Shown: positions 45,523 through 55,910, counted from the stretch's first letter. The stretch: 64,000 nt of DNA from Halobacteriota archaeon (GCA_050013755.1 JBEKER010000004.1:8316-72315), one strand, 5' to 3'. Numbers and translations: made by a program. The notes: generated from the sequence alone by a model not told the origin.

Positions 45523-46665
45523 TCACGTGGTTCCGAGTGCTTGCGATAGACGCTGAAGCGCGTCAAGTGGCAGCACGTTAGTTGGTAAGACTGCCACGCA
45601 GTAAAGATAGGACGCCACGCAGAGTAGTGCGAGAGGGATAAGGAAATAGACTCGCTTTTTTGGGATGATCTCGTCGAACCCGATGATGAGTGCGAACGGT
45701 GCAATAGGTAGCAAATACCGGCTAATGTCTTCGTGGAAAACAAACAGCAGCGGGAGAAACATAACGAGCGCGTAGAGAAAGAGCTCTCGGAAACGCTTTT
45801 CATAAAGCTTGACGATACCGAGGCCATAAAGGAAAAAGAGCACGACGTACCACTCGCCGGCAAAAGCACTGCTGCTCTCAGGAAGAACGGTGCTTGCGGG
45901 GATGAGCAGCAGGGGAATCTGGAGGAGGCCGCTGTTCACCGCAAAGTAGGCGAAGAAGTTTCCTAGCGAATACGCGTAAAACGTGAACAGCAGCAACAAG
46001 GAAGCAGGGACCGCGAGGGCTAATACGACTCTTTTTGGTGTTAGTTTCTTATTCCAGAGCCAGGAACCTACCAGCACAAAAAAACTGAGCACGCCCCATA
46101 TCCGTGTCAGCGAAGCCGCGACGCCGTAGAGCGTCGCCTTGCCCGGCGCATCTTTTTTCAAAGCGTAGAGCATCAGTAAGCTTACGAGCATGAAAAGCGG
46201 TTCGGATGCGCCAACGCTCCGGTACAAGAACCAACGCGGTGGGAAGAAAAGGAATAACAGGGAGGAGGAAAATGGATCGTGCACCAGTTTGAATCGTGTC
46301 GTGAACACGTAAAAAGTGACCACTGCCCCGGCGGAGATCACAAGGTTCGCCACCACCATCGCGGTCAGCGGAGCAGTTACGAGCGAAAAGAGCCATATCA
46401 CGGACGGGTAGCCAGGCAAGTGCGCCGCATAGTACGCGGCCGGCAAGCCAAGCGCACCGTAGATATTGGCGTTCGGGGTGTAGAACGTTTTTGAAACCAC
46501 GGCGTAGAGCGGTCCGTCGTAGTACCGCTCAATCACGGTGATCCCCGTGGCTGGCAGTTGTACCCCCAGAATGGCGTGAACGTTTAACGCAAAGGGCAGG
46601 TACAAGAGCAGAGATGAAACGATGGAGACAGCGACCAGTATGGCGATCTCACTTTTTTCGTTCAT
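45523..46665 (-). CDS. polytopic membrane protein, GT-C/PIG-V-like mannosyltransferase candidate
   Basis: 380 aa, ~10 TM; ERYYDGPLYAVVSKTFY...HLPGYPSVIW resembles the W/YDG..Y..IA..GY...FPLYP loop of this family. Confidence 0.65.
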   Translation of the reverse strand: MNEKSEIAILVAVSIVSSLLLYLPFALNVHAILGVQLPATGITVIERYYDGPLYAVVSKTFYTPNANIYGALGLPAAYYAAHLPGYPSVIWLFSLVTAPLTAMVVANLVISAGAVVTFYVFTTRFKLVHDPFSSSLLFLFFPPRWFLYRSVGASEPLFMLVSLLMLYALKKDAPGKATLYGVAASLTRIWGVLSFFVLVGSWLWNKKLTPKRVVLALAVPASLLLLFTFYAYSLGNFFAYFAVNSGLLQIPLLLIPASTVLPESSSAFAGEWYVVLFFLYGLGIVKLYEKRFRELFLYALVMFLPLLFVFHEDISRYLLPIAPFALIIGFDEIIPKKRVYFLIPLALLCVASYLYCVAVLPTNVLPLDALQRLSQALGTT

Positions 46666-46980
46666 CGCCTCATGTTTCGCATTTTCCTATAAACGGCTGG
46701 CGATAAGCGAAGAACAGACGCTGCCCATGGGCGTTCCCTTCTGTTGTTTCGCTGATCGTCATTCAGTGCGGCCACAGAGTGTGCCTGCAGCCAACACGCT
46801 TGCGTCGCTCGCTCTTGGCTGACTGATGAGCGCTAGGTCCAATCTCGCGGATGCCTCACGTTATTCTCGTCTTTCCGCGTCCTCAGTTGATGGGCAGGCG
46901 TTCGAAGTCAACAATGGAAAACGTTTATCTCTGGCTGTGACGTCCTTGTAAACGACGTACTGTCGTACGCGAGGTGAAGG

Positions 46981-47139
46981 ATGTTAGGCAAACTGGCGCT
47001 CATGAAAATTCTGCTGATATTAGGTTTCATAATCGTCTTGTTACACGTCGTTGTATTGGCCGTGACCGTATTGATACACGTTATGGTGTTTGTCCCTCGG
47101 CTCCGAAAGACCATGATGAAGCGTGGTTCGTGCTGTTAA
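46981..47139 (+). CDS. candidate 52-aa hydrophobic peptide ending in CC (unverified)
   Basis: MLGKLALMKILLILGFIIVLLHVVVLAVTVLIHVMVFVPRLRKTMMKRGSCC; SD GAGGTGA 3 nt upstream of the ATG; below the ORF-track cutoff. Confidence 0.3.
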   Translation: MLGKLALMKILLILGFIIVLLHVVVLAVTVLIHVMVFVPRLRKTMMKRGSCC

Positions 47140-47405
47140 AGCGACTGAATGCTCTCTGATTCACTGGCGACCTCGCAAAGATGGCCGTTATAGGGCTTTC
47201 TGCGTCGCGCGTGGCAAACGGGACACGCCTTACACACCTGGAGCGTGCGGCATGAGGATCGTAGCAAATAGACCCATTCTGGCTCCAAATCTATACTCTT
47301 CTTGTTGGTTTCTGTCGTGATCCGTCCGGAGTCGCGAACACAGCAAAGTGGGGAGATTAAGCGTTTGTCGTCGTAAAATCTGCGCGGTCAGGAGACCGAT
47401 ATCAT

Positions 47406-47624
47406 ATGGAGCAAGCGGGGGACAAGGGCGCCCGTGTTCGACAGGGGCGCAAAGGGCTTGCTATAGCTGCGATAGTCACGATTTCTGGCATAGTTCTCAT
47501 CTACGTAGCCAACAACACATTGAGCGCTGCCACCCCGAGCCAAGCACTTGTTGCCTATGTCGGTGTATTTGTGGTCGCAGCGGGGATTCTATACGGCGCA
47601 AGCACGCTGCTAGTCCCCGAGTGA
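47406..47624 (+). CDS. small two-TM membrane protein
   Basis: 72 aa; AGGAGA about 10 nt upstream; two hydrophobic helices. Confidence 0.4.
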   Translation: MEQAGDKGARVRQGRKGLAIAAIVTISGIVLIYVANNTLSAATPSQALVAYVGVFVVAAGILYGASTLLVPE

Positions 47625-47951
47625 GTTCATTGCCTTTCGCAGACCTCCTAGGTTAGCCAGAGGGTGAGCTTCCGGAGCACGTCTGTACACGCCTGTTCGA
47701 TAGGATAGGTGCCTGACCGTCCCCTCAAATAAGGTGTCAGAGTGTCGTTTGTGCACGTGCCAGCCAGGTCTTCAGTAGAGCCACGCGCCGGTAATCCAAA
47801 TGAACATGTTCTGGATCGCGATGACGACGGCAATTATGCCGATCACGATATTTTTGTGCCAGTTGTCTGAGAGCATGAGGCCGAAAACGAATATGAGCGC
47901 CTCGGACCCCCTCAATTAACAACCTTTTAATACGATCCTCATTTCTTACAC

Positions 47952-48230
47952 TTGTTTGATGTTCAGGGGCCTTTAATGAGGATTGAAACATCTCAGATCG
48001 TGATTACGACCGAAGAGCGACTCGATGGTGACAAAGCGCGCGCCGTTCGGGGTTTCTTCGGCACGTTATTCAAAACGGTCCATGCCTTCCACGGACACGA
48101 TGGAAGGGGGTTCGTCTACCTGATCCCGGTCCTGATATTAAATCTGATCGCGGCGGTCGGCGAGGCAGTTGTTACGGGCTTCATTATTGAGCATTTGAGC
48201 AAGGTCCGGCCCGATCTTCTTGTACAATGA
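47952..48230 (+). CDS. small hypothetical protein coupled to the downstream GT gene
   Basis: 92 aa; its stop overlaps the ATG at 48227 (ATGA); one hydrophobic segment. Confidence 0.35.
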   Translation: MFDVQGPLMRIETSQIVITTEERLDGDKARAVRGFFGTLFKTVHAFHGHDGRGFVYLIPVLILNLIAAVGEAVVTGFIIEHLSKVRPDLLVQ

Positions 48231-49504
48231 AAACTCCACCAAGCTTAAACGGGGCGATCAATCACTTCAGAAACTTTCTGGTATCTGGAGGAGGGCTCAC
48301 TCTCGCGCTTTTTATTCTGATTCACGGTTTTATTTTTGGGTTCTTATTTCACCTTTATTTGACCGGGAACATAGATATTAACATATATTTTGCGGACGCC
48401 TCAAAACTCGCAAGCGGTTTGTTGCCGTACCGCGATTTTACCCTCGAATACCCTCCATTATCTCTGATCTTTTTTGGTTTACCCAGAATAATAACTTCTT
48501 CTGATGCACTCTATACCAAGATTTTCCAATACGAAGTCCTGGTTTTCGATATTATCGGACTCCTTCTGATATTTGATATCGCCCGTCGGTTAGGAGAGCC
48601 CCGTTGGAAAGCACTGTCAATTTATACCCTGGGTGTGTTGGCGGTTGGGCCGATCATCATTCAAACGTTTGACATCATCCCGGCCGTCATGACGCTCGCA
48701 GCTATCTATCTCTTCTGGCTTGGGAAGCATAATGCCAGCTGGGCCGTGTTAGCCTTGGGTACATTGACTATGATATACCCGATAGTGATTGCACCTATCT
48801 TTTTGCTCATCTATTTCAAAAACCGTCAACTCAAACAAATCCGCGATGGGGTGGTCACCTTTCTCGCCGTTTGCGTGATCACGATCCTGCCTTTTGTTAT
48901 TCTGGGATCTGGCAGCATCCTGAATTTGGTAAGCTATCATAGCCAGAGAGGAGTTCAGATAGAAAGCACGTATAGCGCAATTGTACTCGCTCTGGCTAAG
49001 TTGGGCTTCACTACAGTTAGAGCAGAGTCCTCGTTCGGTTCGCTGAATATCGTGAACCCGGCGGCCACGGTTCTTGCTAGATTCTCACCCTACATTATGG
49101 TGGTCAGTTTGCTGATAGTTTACTGGTTTATCTACCGACAGGTGAAACCGGGCAAAAGCCAATTTACCCGTTTCGGTGCTTATGCCTTACTGACACTAGC
49201 GACCACGATGGCCACCAGCAAAATCCTTTCGCCGCAGTATTTCATTTGGCTAATACCCATTTTTCCGCTAATATGCGGCCGATGGCGCACACCGATTTTA
49301 GCGACTTTTGTTCTCATCGGTGGACTCACCTACGATATTTTTCCCTTGCATTACTCTGAGCTGGGGAATTTTCAAGCCACCATGGTGGCTATCCTCGTGG
49401 CCCGCGACATCCTGTTAGTCCTGCTTGCAGTCTTGGCGGTGGTCTCCTTGAAGCGTATGAAAGCTTCGAATGAGCCATCGAGGCCGCTTAACGCACGGCG
49501 TTGA
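48227..49504 (+). CDS. DUF2029/GT87-like polyprenol-phosphate-dependent glycosyltransferase
   Basis: 425 aa polytopic; LPYRDFTLEYPPLSLIFF is the hallmark loop as I recall it. Confidence 0.75.
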   Translation: MKTPPSLNGAINHFRNFLVSGGGLTLALFILIHGFIFGFLFHLYLTGNIDINIYFADASKLASGLLPYRDFTLEYPPLSLIFFGLPRIITSSDALYTKIFQYEVLVFDIIGLLLIFDIARRLGEPRWKALSIYTLGVLAVGPIIIQTFDIIPAVMTLAAIYLFWLGKHNASWAVLALGTLTMIYPIVIAPIFLLIYFKNRQLKQIRDGVVTFLAVCVITILPFVILGSGSILNLVSYHSQRGVQIESTYSAIVLALAKLGFTTVRAESSFGSLNIVNPAATVLARFSPYIMVVSLLIVYWFIYRQVKPGKSQFTRFGAYALLTLATTMATSKILSPQYFIWLIPIFPLICGRWRTPILATFVLIGGLTYDIFPLHYSELGNFQATMVAILVARDILLVLLAVLAVVSLKRMKASNEPSRPLNARR

Positions 49505-49544
49505 AAGGCTTCTTTGGAGTAACTGATAGGGGTAAGCCGGGGGT

Positions 49545-49751
49545 TTATTTCGAGCGTATCACCACTGCTGTTCCGTTTGCCAAGATCTCGTGCATGCAGT
49601 CGGAAATCTCCGACGAATCAAAATAAGCGCTTATTACGCCGTTAGCACCGACTGCTTTAGCGTGCTCAACAAGTCGATACAAGGCCTCGTCTCTTGTGTG
49701 TTGCATTATCTCGACGTACTCGCGAATCTCTCCTCCTGCGAGAGACCTCAA
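49545..49751 (-). pseudogene. N-terminally disrupted YbjQ/UPF0145 family remnant
   Basis: ...LAGGEIREYVEIMQHTRDEALYRLVEHAKAVGANGVISAYFDSSEI...GTAVV aligns with the YbjQ C-terminal two thirds; in-frame TAA immediately upstream. Confidence 0.5.
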
Positions 49752-49869
49752 CCCAGCAGTGATTTAACGGAGCGTTGGCCGGTCCACTGATCGCGATCGC
49801 GATACTGATTGTTGCCGGAGCGATTTACTAACTGAGGCACCGATCGTAAAACGTCTTACGCCTTACATG

Positions 49870-50401
49870 TCAGTCCGCACGCTGCACAGATCCGTTCGTG
49901 TTTGTCCTGCGAGAGGAGAATCCGGGTAAAGGGCGCCAGCACAAAAAAGCCGATAAGGAGCGCGTCAAGCGCGAACTATGAGCTCTGTTATCTGCACCAA
50001 TAAGCGCGAGGAGCATCCCGACGATCGTGAGCGCGTTGATGGAAAAACGGCGCACTGGTCCCTGAGCGTCGGATGGTCTAAGCTAAAGATCTTGATAAAG
50101 AGGGGGTATACGGTGGAAACGCCGCCGAATTCGGATAGCTAAAGGCATATCCCTGGTACGCGATGTCTTGATACCATTTCCCGTCCCAGTTTGCCAGGAA
50201 TACGGGATTTTGAAACAACCCCGAAGGCTGATAGCGCAGGCTTAATAGTATCGCGCCTAAAAGAACGATAATTTTGATAGCCGCGTACACAACGAGGGTG
50301 TTGAGCGGCGTATCTTTCGTGTAGTTATGGAGAGCGCGCGTTACGAGCGCTTGAGCCCTATTCTCCGCTGTCCGATAAGCGGACGATAATTCTCTACGCA
50401 T
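49870..50401 (-). pseudogene. frameshifted/truncated GT-C (PIG-V-like) mannosyltransferase remnant
   Basis: 50078-50401 encodes a TM helix plus ANWDGKWYQDIAYQGY...AAFPPYTP, then stops; a further hydrophobic fragment continues in another frame (49870-50055). Confidence 0.5.
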
Positions 50402-50536
50402 ACGAGGTTTGTTATACGATCGGCGACGCTAAATGTGTTTAGGCTCTCACATAAATCATCTTCTCTAGATCGATGACGCGCCTCTCACGCACAACGACAA
50501 CTGAACCTATCTCTGGCCGATCGCACACGGCTCTCG

Positions 50537-51058
50537 TTAAAATACCGCACCTTCGAGCTTGACCCCGGCGAGCACGGCGTACGTCAAGTCGGCGTGTGCC
50601 ATGTTTGTCCCTCTGAGGTCCGCGCCGGTGAGATCAGCTCCGATGAGCACCGCGAAGCGCACGTCGGCGCCGTGTAAATCGGCATCTACGAGCAGGGTAC
50701 CCTTGAGATTCGAGTTACTAAGATTTGCGTGCGCCAAGTTCGCGCCATTGAGCTGCGCTCTTTCTACTGTTGCACGCTCGAGCGTCACTCGAGCGAGGTC
50801 GGCGCCTGTCAGGTTAGCCCCGTAGAGCGTTGCCCGCTCCATAGATGCGCCGGCCAGGTTCGCATCGCACAACGTACTGAAGCTCAAATCGGCGGCGGTA
50901 AGATCTGCGCTACGAAGGTCGGCACCACTGAGATCGACCCAGCCTAACTCCGCCTCGGGCAATTCGGCATTTCGCAAGTGCGCCCTGCTCCCGCCCCGCT
51001 GTCCCAGCCGCCATTTCTTGTGGCGATCGACGACGGCTCGTATTGCTGCGGCGTCCAT
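50537..51058 (-). CDS. pentapeptide-repeat protein
   Basis: About 25 consecutive A(D/N)LxG-type pentapeptides (ADLRSADLTAADLSF...). Confidence 0.85.
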   Translation of the reverse strand: MDAAAIRAVVDRHKKWRLGQRGGSRAHLRNAELPEAELGWVDLSGADLRSADLTAADLSFSTLCDANLAGASMERATLYGANLTGADLARVTLERATVERAQLNGANLAHANLSNSNLKGTLLVDADLHGADVRFAVLIGADLTGADLRGTNMAHADLTYAVLAGVKLEGAVF

Positions 51059-51310
51059 GGCCTACCCCGTTGCTGTCAGAAGGACGCTGCGATATGCCGG
51101 CACGATGCTTGCGAGCAGCGCCAACGCCGGGCCCACGTAGAGCCCCGTCCACGCTAGAACCACGAATAAGATGATAAGTGTGCGTCTCATGGTACCCCGT
51201 TTCAGCGTTCTCAGCAAGAGTTTTTTTCCCTTGGAGGCTATTCACAGCGCGGCCACAAAGACCCTTATGCGATATCCCGGTCTGCCGTGAATAATAATCT
51301 CAAGCCGCGC

Positions 51311-51607
51311 CTACTCGTTAAGCTCTTTGATAATATCGAGTGCTTTTGCAATATGCACCGCGGACATTGTTTGAGATTTTGCCATTCCGGTGCCGGCGAT
51401 CGTGAGCAGCGCTTTCATCATAACCTCTTCGCTGGGGGCCTCAACAATTCCTGTCCAGTCGTCTGTGCCCATGGTGATGTAGAGGTCTTTCAACTCTGCC
51501 CCTGCCGATTTGAACGCATTTTGGGTCATCTCGTATCGCTGAGGCAGGTCATTGATCTTCTCCATTCCTTTTGCGGTCCAGGTGCCTCGCCATATATACG
51601 TGGCCAT
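51311..51607 (-). CDS. GYD-domain protein
   Basis: MATYIWRGTWTAKGMEKI...YITMGTDDWTGIVEAPSEE; SD GGAGGTGA 7 nt upstream of the ATG at 51607. Confidence 0.75.
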   Translation of the reverse strand: MATYIWRGTWTAKGMEKINDLPQRYEMTQNAFKSAGAELKDLYITMGTDDWTGIVEAPSEEVMMKALLTIAGTGMAKSQTMSAVHIAKALDIIKELNE

Positions 51608-51740
51608 AGCGGTCTCACCTCCTACCATTATAATTCGAAAGGGGTTGAATTTTACTAGTTAGTTCCTACCTAGTTCCTTCCCGTACTTAAAGCGCTTCTT
51701 TCTGCTCCGTCTAGGCCTTTGGTGCGGCTCTGCACTGTGC

Positions 51741-51935
51741 GTGGGCGCCTATGACGCAAATGGGCAGGCCAACTGCTATGAGGCCGCCCTGCGGGTATTT
51801 GCCAACAAGCCGTGGTTTGCGGGGATGTTCTGGTGGTCGTGGTACCCCAACCCAAAGGCGGGAGGTGCCGGCAATAGCGACTACACGCCGCAGCATAAGC
51901 CCGCGCAGGGCGTCTTAACCGCGCATTGGCTGTAG
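51741..51935 (+). pseudogene. C-terminal remnant of a glycoside-hydrolase-like protein
   Basis: ...WFAGMFWWSWYPNPKAGGAGNSDYTPQHKPAQGVL resembles the C-terminus of (beta/alpha)8 glycosidases; no upstream coding continuity. Confidence 0.35.
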
Positions 51936-52113
51936 CTGGGTCGGGCGCTCGACTACACAGGCCTCGCGTTGTCGACCGGTGGAAATGCAGTGTGGTTCGG
52001 CAAGACAGCTACGTCGTCTGTCGCGTGACGTTGGGAATGCCACCACAGACAATCGTCGCACGCCTGACGACAAAAAAGCAGCCTACAGTGACGTTGTCCA
52101 GACAGCCGGGCTA

Positions 52114-52971
52114 TCATGGGCGCGTGTAATCGACTGCCCCCTGCGCCTGCATTATGCCATCCGCTTCTGTTTTGGAGGTAACGTCCGTAATGCCCATCTC
52201 GTTGCGCAGCCAAAACCCGCTCACCACAACGTCATTGTAGAGACAGTGATAGTTCTCGCACGGCCTCCTTGTCCTCACGCTGCCCTCGCACACGTCGAGA
52301 AATGAATAGAAACCGCGAAGGAGCGTCACGTTTCTCTTCCATCGCGAGCAAAAAGCTCTCTCATGTTTGTGTGTGCGTGCCCACGTTACTTCACCCCGCA
52401 GTTCTGCTTGTCGGCGGCCTCTCTCGGCGCGGTAGAGCTTCACCGCTTGTCCTACTCGCTGACCGAGCAGCGCCGCGAGGGCGTCTGAAGCCGCCTCGCT
52501 CACGTCGTCGTGCGCGTCTGCCAACGCATCGATAAGCGGCTCGACCGCCCTGCTGTCTCCCAACGCTCCGAGGGCTCGGGCGGCCTCTGTGCGAACGACG
52601 TTATCGGCGTCGTCGCGCAGCACCCGAATAAGCGGTTCGACCCCCGCCCGAACGCCGAGCGCTCCGAGGGCGCCCGCCGCCGCGTAGCGAACGTTTGCAC
52701 CGGCGTCGTCGAGCGCTCGAACGAGCGGTTCAACCGCGCGGCCATCGCCTAACCGGCCGAGCGCCTCGGCCGCCCGCGCGCGAACGGTTACTGCCTCATC
52801 ACGGAGCGCGTTCGTGAGCGGCCAGACGGCTCTCAAATCTCTCAGCTCGTCTAGGGCCTGCGCCGCCCGATAGCGAACCGTCGCGTCATCATCCTTGAGC
52901 GCGATGATCAGCCCCTTGACGTCTTTTTGATCCTTCATCTCGTCAACGTTCGGTGCAGGCACAATAGCCAC
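52114..52971 (-). CDS. HEAT/PBS-lyase repeat protein with unrelated C-terminal region
   Basis: About 6 repeats of VR..AA.ALG.LGD.RAVEPLI.AL.D. Confidence 0.8.
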   Translation of the reverse strand: MAIVPAPNVDEMKDQKDVKGLIIALKDDDATVRYRAAQALDELRDLRAVWPLTNALRDEAVTVRARAAEALGRLGDGRAVEPLVRALDDAGANVRYAAAGALGALGVRAGVEPLIRVLRDDADNVVRTEAARALGALGDSRAVEPLIDALADAHDDVSEAASDALAALLGQRVGQAVKLYRAERGRRQAELRGEVTWARTHKHERAFCSRWKRNVTLLRGFYSFLDVCEGSVRTRRPCENYHCLYNDVVVSGFWLRNEMGITDVTSKTEADGIMQAQGAVDYTRP

Positions 52972-53084
52972 CTCTCATCGCGCGTTAGGTCGCAGCGATC
53001 TAAGAGGGATTGGCGCGCCCTTGTTAAAACCGTTGTGCTTGAGAAGCGTCGAGTCGGCGCGTTGACACTCCGAAAAGGCAAAAA

Positions 53085-54614
53085 GTGAGGAGTTACGTTA
53101 CTCAAACGCACGGTAGACCAACAACACACCTACGCGTGCGGCTTACTCCGCGGCGGCGCCCGAGAGGTAGACACGTGATCACGTCGTCGCACGGCAACGG
53201 GAAGGTGGACGGTTTGGGGCCCCCGGGAGATACCGATACACAAACGCTCGCTGTCGCGGATCGCACGCTCGTGCTCATCGTCGTTGCGCTCGCCTCCTTC
53301 CTCACGCCCTTCGACGTGTCCGCCGTGAATATCGCGCTTCCGTCGATCGCAAGTGAGTTCGCGATGGACGCCGTCGCGCTCGCCTGGGTCGCGACCGCGT
53401 ACCTTCTCACCCTGGCGATTTTTCTCGTTCCGTTCGGCAAGCTCGCCGATATCTATGGCCAAAAGCGCGTCTTTGCCTACGGGGCGTTCCTGTTTGCCGT
53501 CGCGTCATTTCTCATCTCGCTCTCATTTTCAAGCGCGTCGGTTATCGCATTTCGGGCATTCCAGGGCTTCACAGCGGCTATGATAACCGGCACGGGCGTT
53601 GCTATCCTCACGTCAGCGTATCCAGCGGGTGAGAAGGGCAAGGCGATCGGCATAAGCGTTGCCGCCGTCTATCTCGGTCTTTCGGTCGGCCCGTTCCTCG
53701 GCGGCCTCATGACGCAGTACATCGGGTGGCGCAGCATCTTTTACATCAATATCCCGCTGGGGATCATCATTGCCCTCGTGAGCATGCGCAAGCTCAAGGT
53801 GGAGTGGGCCGACGCGCGGGGCGAACGGTTCGACCTCGTCGGGTCGGTCGTCTACGGGATCGCCCTCTTTTCACTGGTGGTCGGTCTCACGCAGATTCCC
53901 GCGTTGAGCAGCCTTGGGCTCATCGTCGTTGGCGTCGCTGCGGCCGCGTCGTTTGTTGTCTGGGAGATGCGGGTGCGATTTCCTGTCTTTAATGTCAATC
54001 TCCTCGTCAGAAATTGGGCGTTTGCCTTTTCTAACGTGGCCGCGCTGATCAGCTACAGCGCGACGTTTGCCGTAACCCTGTTGCTGAGCATCTACTTGCA
54101 GAGCGTGCAGGGATTCAGCCCTGAGATAGCGGGGGTCATCCTGATAGCGCAGCCCATCGTGCTGGTTGCCGTGTCGCCGGTGGCTGGACGGCTCTCGGAC
54201 AGGACCGAACCGCGGGTCGTCGCATCGGCCGGGATGGTAATAACCACGGCCGGTCTCGCTCCCTTCATTTTTTTGACGGCGACGACGCCCATACCGCTGG
54301 TCATCGCGAGTTTGGCTATTCTCGGATTCGGGTTTGGCCTCTTCAATTCTCCGAACACAAACGCCGTTATGAGCTCCGTTGAAAGCCGCTTCTACGGGCT
54401 CGCAGCAGGAACGGTCGCGACCATGCGCACGATCGGGCAAGTGGTGAGCGTGGCACTCGTTGAGCTCATTTTCGCGCTCATCATCGGACAGGAAGTGATT
54501 ACGCCGAGTTCCTCGCAGCTGTTCCTCCAGAGCAATCAACTCGCGTTTTCGCTCTTCACGGTGCTCTGTATCCTCGGTATCTTTGCGTCGCTGGTGCGCG
54601 GGAAGGTGCGGTAG
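53085..54614 (+). CDS. MFS transporter, 14-TM DHA2/EmrB-like
   Basis: FLTPFDVSAVNIALPSI, GKLADIYGQKRVF, 14 hydrophobic segments; the true start is probably downstream (for example GTG at 53175). Confidence 0.85.
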   Translation: MRSYVTQTHGRPTTHLRVRLTPRRRPRGRHVITSSHGNGKVDGLGPPGDTDTQTLAVADRTLVLIVVALASFLTPFDVSAVNIALPSIASEFAMDAVALAWVATAYLLTLAIFLVPFGKLADIYGQKRVFAYGAFLFAVASFLISLSFSSASVIAFRAFQGFTAAMITGTGVAILTSAYPAGEKGKAIGISVAAVYLGLSVGPFLGGLMTQYIGWRSIFYINIPLGIIIALVSMRKLKVEWADARGERFDLVGSVVYGIALFSLVVGLTQIPALSSLGLIVVGVAAAASFVVWEMRVRFPVFNVNLLVRNWAFAFSNVAALISYSATFAVTLLLSIYLQSVQGFSPEIAGVILIAQPIVLVAVSPVAGRLSDRTEPRVVASAGMVITTAGLAPFIFLTATTPIPLVIASLAILGFGFGLFNSPNTNAVMSSVESRFYGLAAGTVATMRTIGQVVSVALVELIFALIIGQEVITPSSSQLFLQSNQLAFSLFTVLCILGIFASLVRGKVR

Positions 54615-54684
54615 CGCGCGCAAAAGAGAATCTCTGCGCCGTTTCTGAAAAAAAAGCCTTAAGCGACGCTCACGAGAAATTAAA

Positions 54685-55185
54685 CTACGCGAAGTAACTC
54701 GCGCTCGATCGATCAAAATCTTCTACGAGCTTGATTTTGAGATCCTTCGGTTGGTACGAGACGTTCGGGTACGCGAGGTGCGGGATGAACCGCTCGGTAT
54801 TTGCCGCGAGAAGGGTCGCGGGGTGCTCGTCACCGAAGGCGTTCTTCGTAATCGCGTGGACGCGCTGTCTGACGACGCGCTCGCTCAGGTAGCCCAACGA
54901 GTGCATGTACTCGTGGAGCTGCACGTGAAACACGTAGGGCTTCCACAGCGTGGGGTCGGTCTCCTTGATCCGCTGAAGGGGCACCTGGTTCATGACGATG
55001 ATGTTCGAGCCGACCGGGTAGAAGGCGCCGAAGAAGCCGTTTGGTTGGTTGCCGAGGTTGGCCAAGCCGAGCATTATGCCGCCTCTGCTCATGCCCGTTG
55101 ACCTCTCGACGGTTGCCTTGACCACTTCGAAGATATCCGACAGCGTTTCAGCGTTTTCAAGAAATTTGATTAAATAGTCGTCCAT
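54685..55185 (-). CDS. putative HExxH zinc metallopeptidase-like protein
   Basis: VQLHEYMHSLGY; start chosen at MDDYLIKF (ORF open to 55272). Confidence 0.5.
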   Translation of the reverse strand: MDDYLIKFLENAETLSDIFEVVKATVERSTGMSRGGIMLGLANLGNQPNGFFGAFYPVGSNIIVMNQVPLQRIKETDPTLWKPYVFHVQLHEYMHSLGYLSERVVRQRVHAITKNAFGDEHPATLLAANTERFIPHLAYPNVSYQPKDLKIKLVEDFDRSSASYFA

Positions 55186-55400
55186 AGTGCTCCGTTGGAT
55201 CGGTTTGCAAAGGGTGCTTAACTCGATGTCTTTAGATATATATTCAGATATAATCGTACTTAAGCATTTCACTACGAAAGTGCGGCGTCAACGGTCGGCT
55301 TCCAGCACAACTCTGACTCGTGAATAGTGGTAGCAAACGTGCGGTTTACAATCCGGGTGGCAGCGCCCTCTCGAAGCGGTGCGCTCCGGTCGACGTGACA

Positions 55401-55910
55401 TCACCATACGTTTGAGTGGACCCTGTCCTTGCTGAACCTGTGTTGTGCGGGCGACTCTTCTGCCGGATGGCCGACCACCACAAATGCCAGCGGAATCACG
55501 CCTTCGGGGAGCTGGCAGTGCTTGGCAAATCCTGCCACGTGCCCGTCCATCGGATAGACGCCGGTCCATACGGCTCCCAATCCACGCGCGCGAGCAGCAA
55601 GGAGCAGGTTCTGCGTCGCCGCTGAACAGTCTTGCACCCAGAATCCCGGAACGATGACGTTCCTCGTATCAGCGCAGACGAGTATGCCAAGGTGCGCGCT
55701 CTTCACCATGCTCGCAAACGGGCTAAACGTCGGAATAGCATCGAGCATTGCCCGGTCCCTGATAACAATGAACTCCCAGGGCTGCTCGTTCGCCGCTGAA
55801 GGCGCATTCATCGCCGCCTCAAGGAGCTTTTGTGTCGTCTCATCATCAATTTGCTCGTCTGTGTATCGTCGAACACTTCTTCGCGTCAGAATAGCTTCTA
55901 ATGCATCCAT
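55401..55910 (-). CDS. nitroreductase-family FMN oxidoreductase
   Basis: ILTRRSVRRY, APSAANEQPWEFIV, typical 169 aa. Confidence 0.85.
   Translation of the reverse strand: MDALEAILTRRSVRRYTDEQIDDETTQKLLEAAMNAPSAANEQPWEFIVIRDRAMLDAIPTFSPFASMVKSAHLGILVCADTRNVIVPGFWVQDCSAATQNLLLAARARGLGAVWTGVYPMDGHVAGFAKHCQLPEGVIPLAFVVVGHPAEESPAQHRFSKDRVHSNVW

Noticed and set aside
47952-48230. N-terminus MRIETSQIVITTEE...RGFFG faintly reminiscent of Cas6/RAMP beginnings
   Set aside because: It is only 92 aa and turns into a membrane-like segment. There are no CRISPR repeats or cas genes anywhere in the window.
53871-54716. 281-aa minus-strand ORF
   Set aside because: Arg/Glu/Asp-rich shadow ORF antisense to the MFS transporter gene. 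The same reasoning applies to 9066-9698, 22795-23364, 35136-35705, 40637-41044 and other long antisense ORFs in GC-rich genes.
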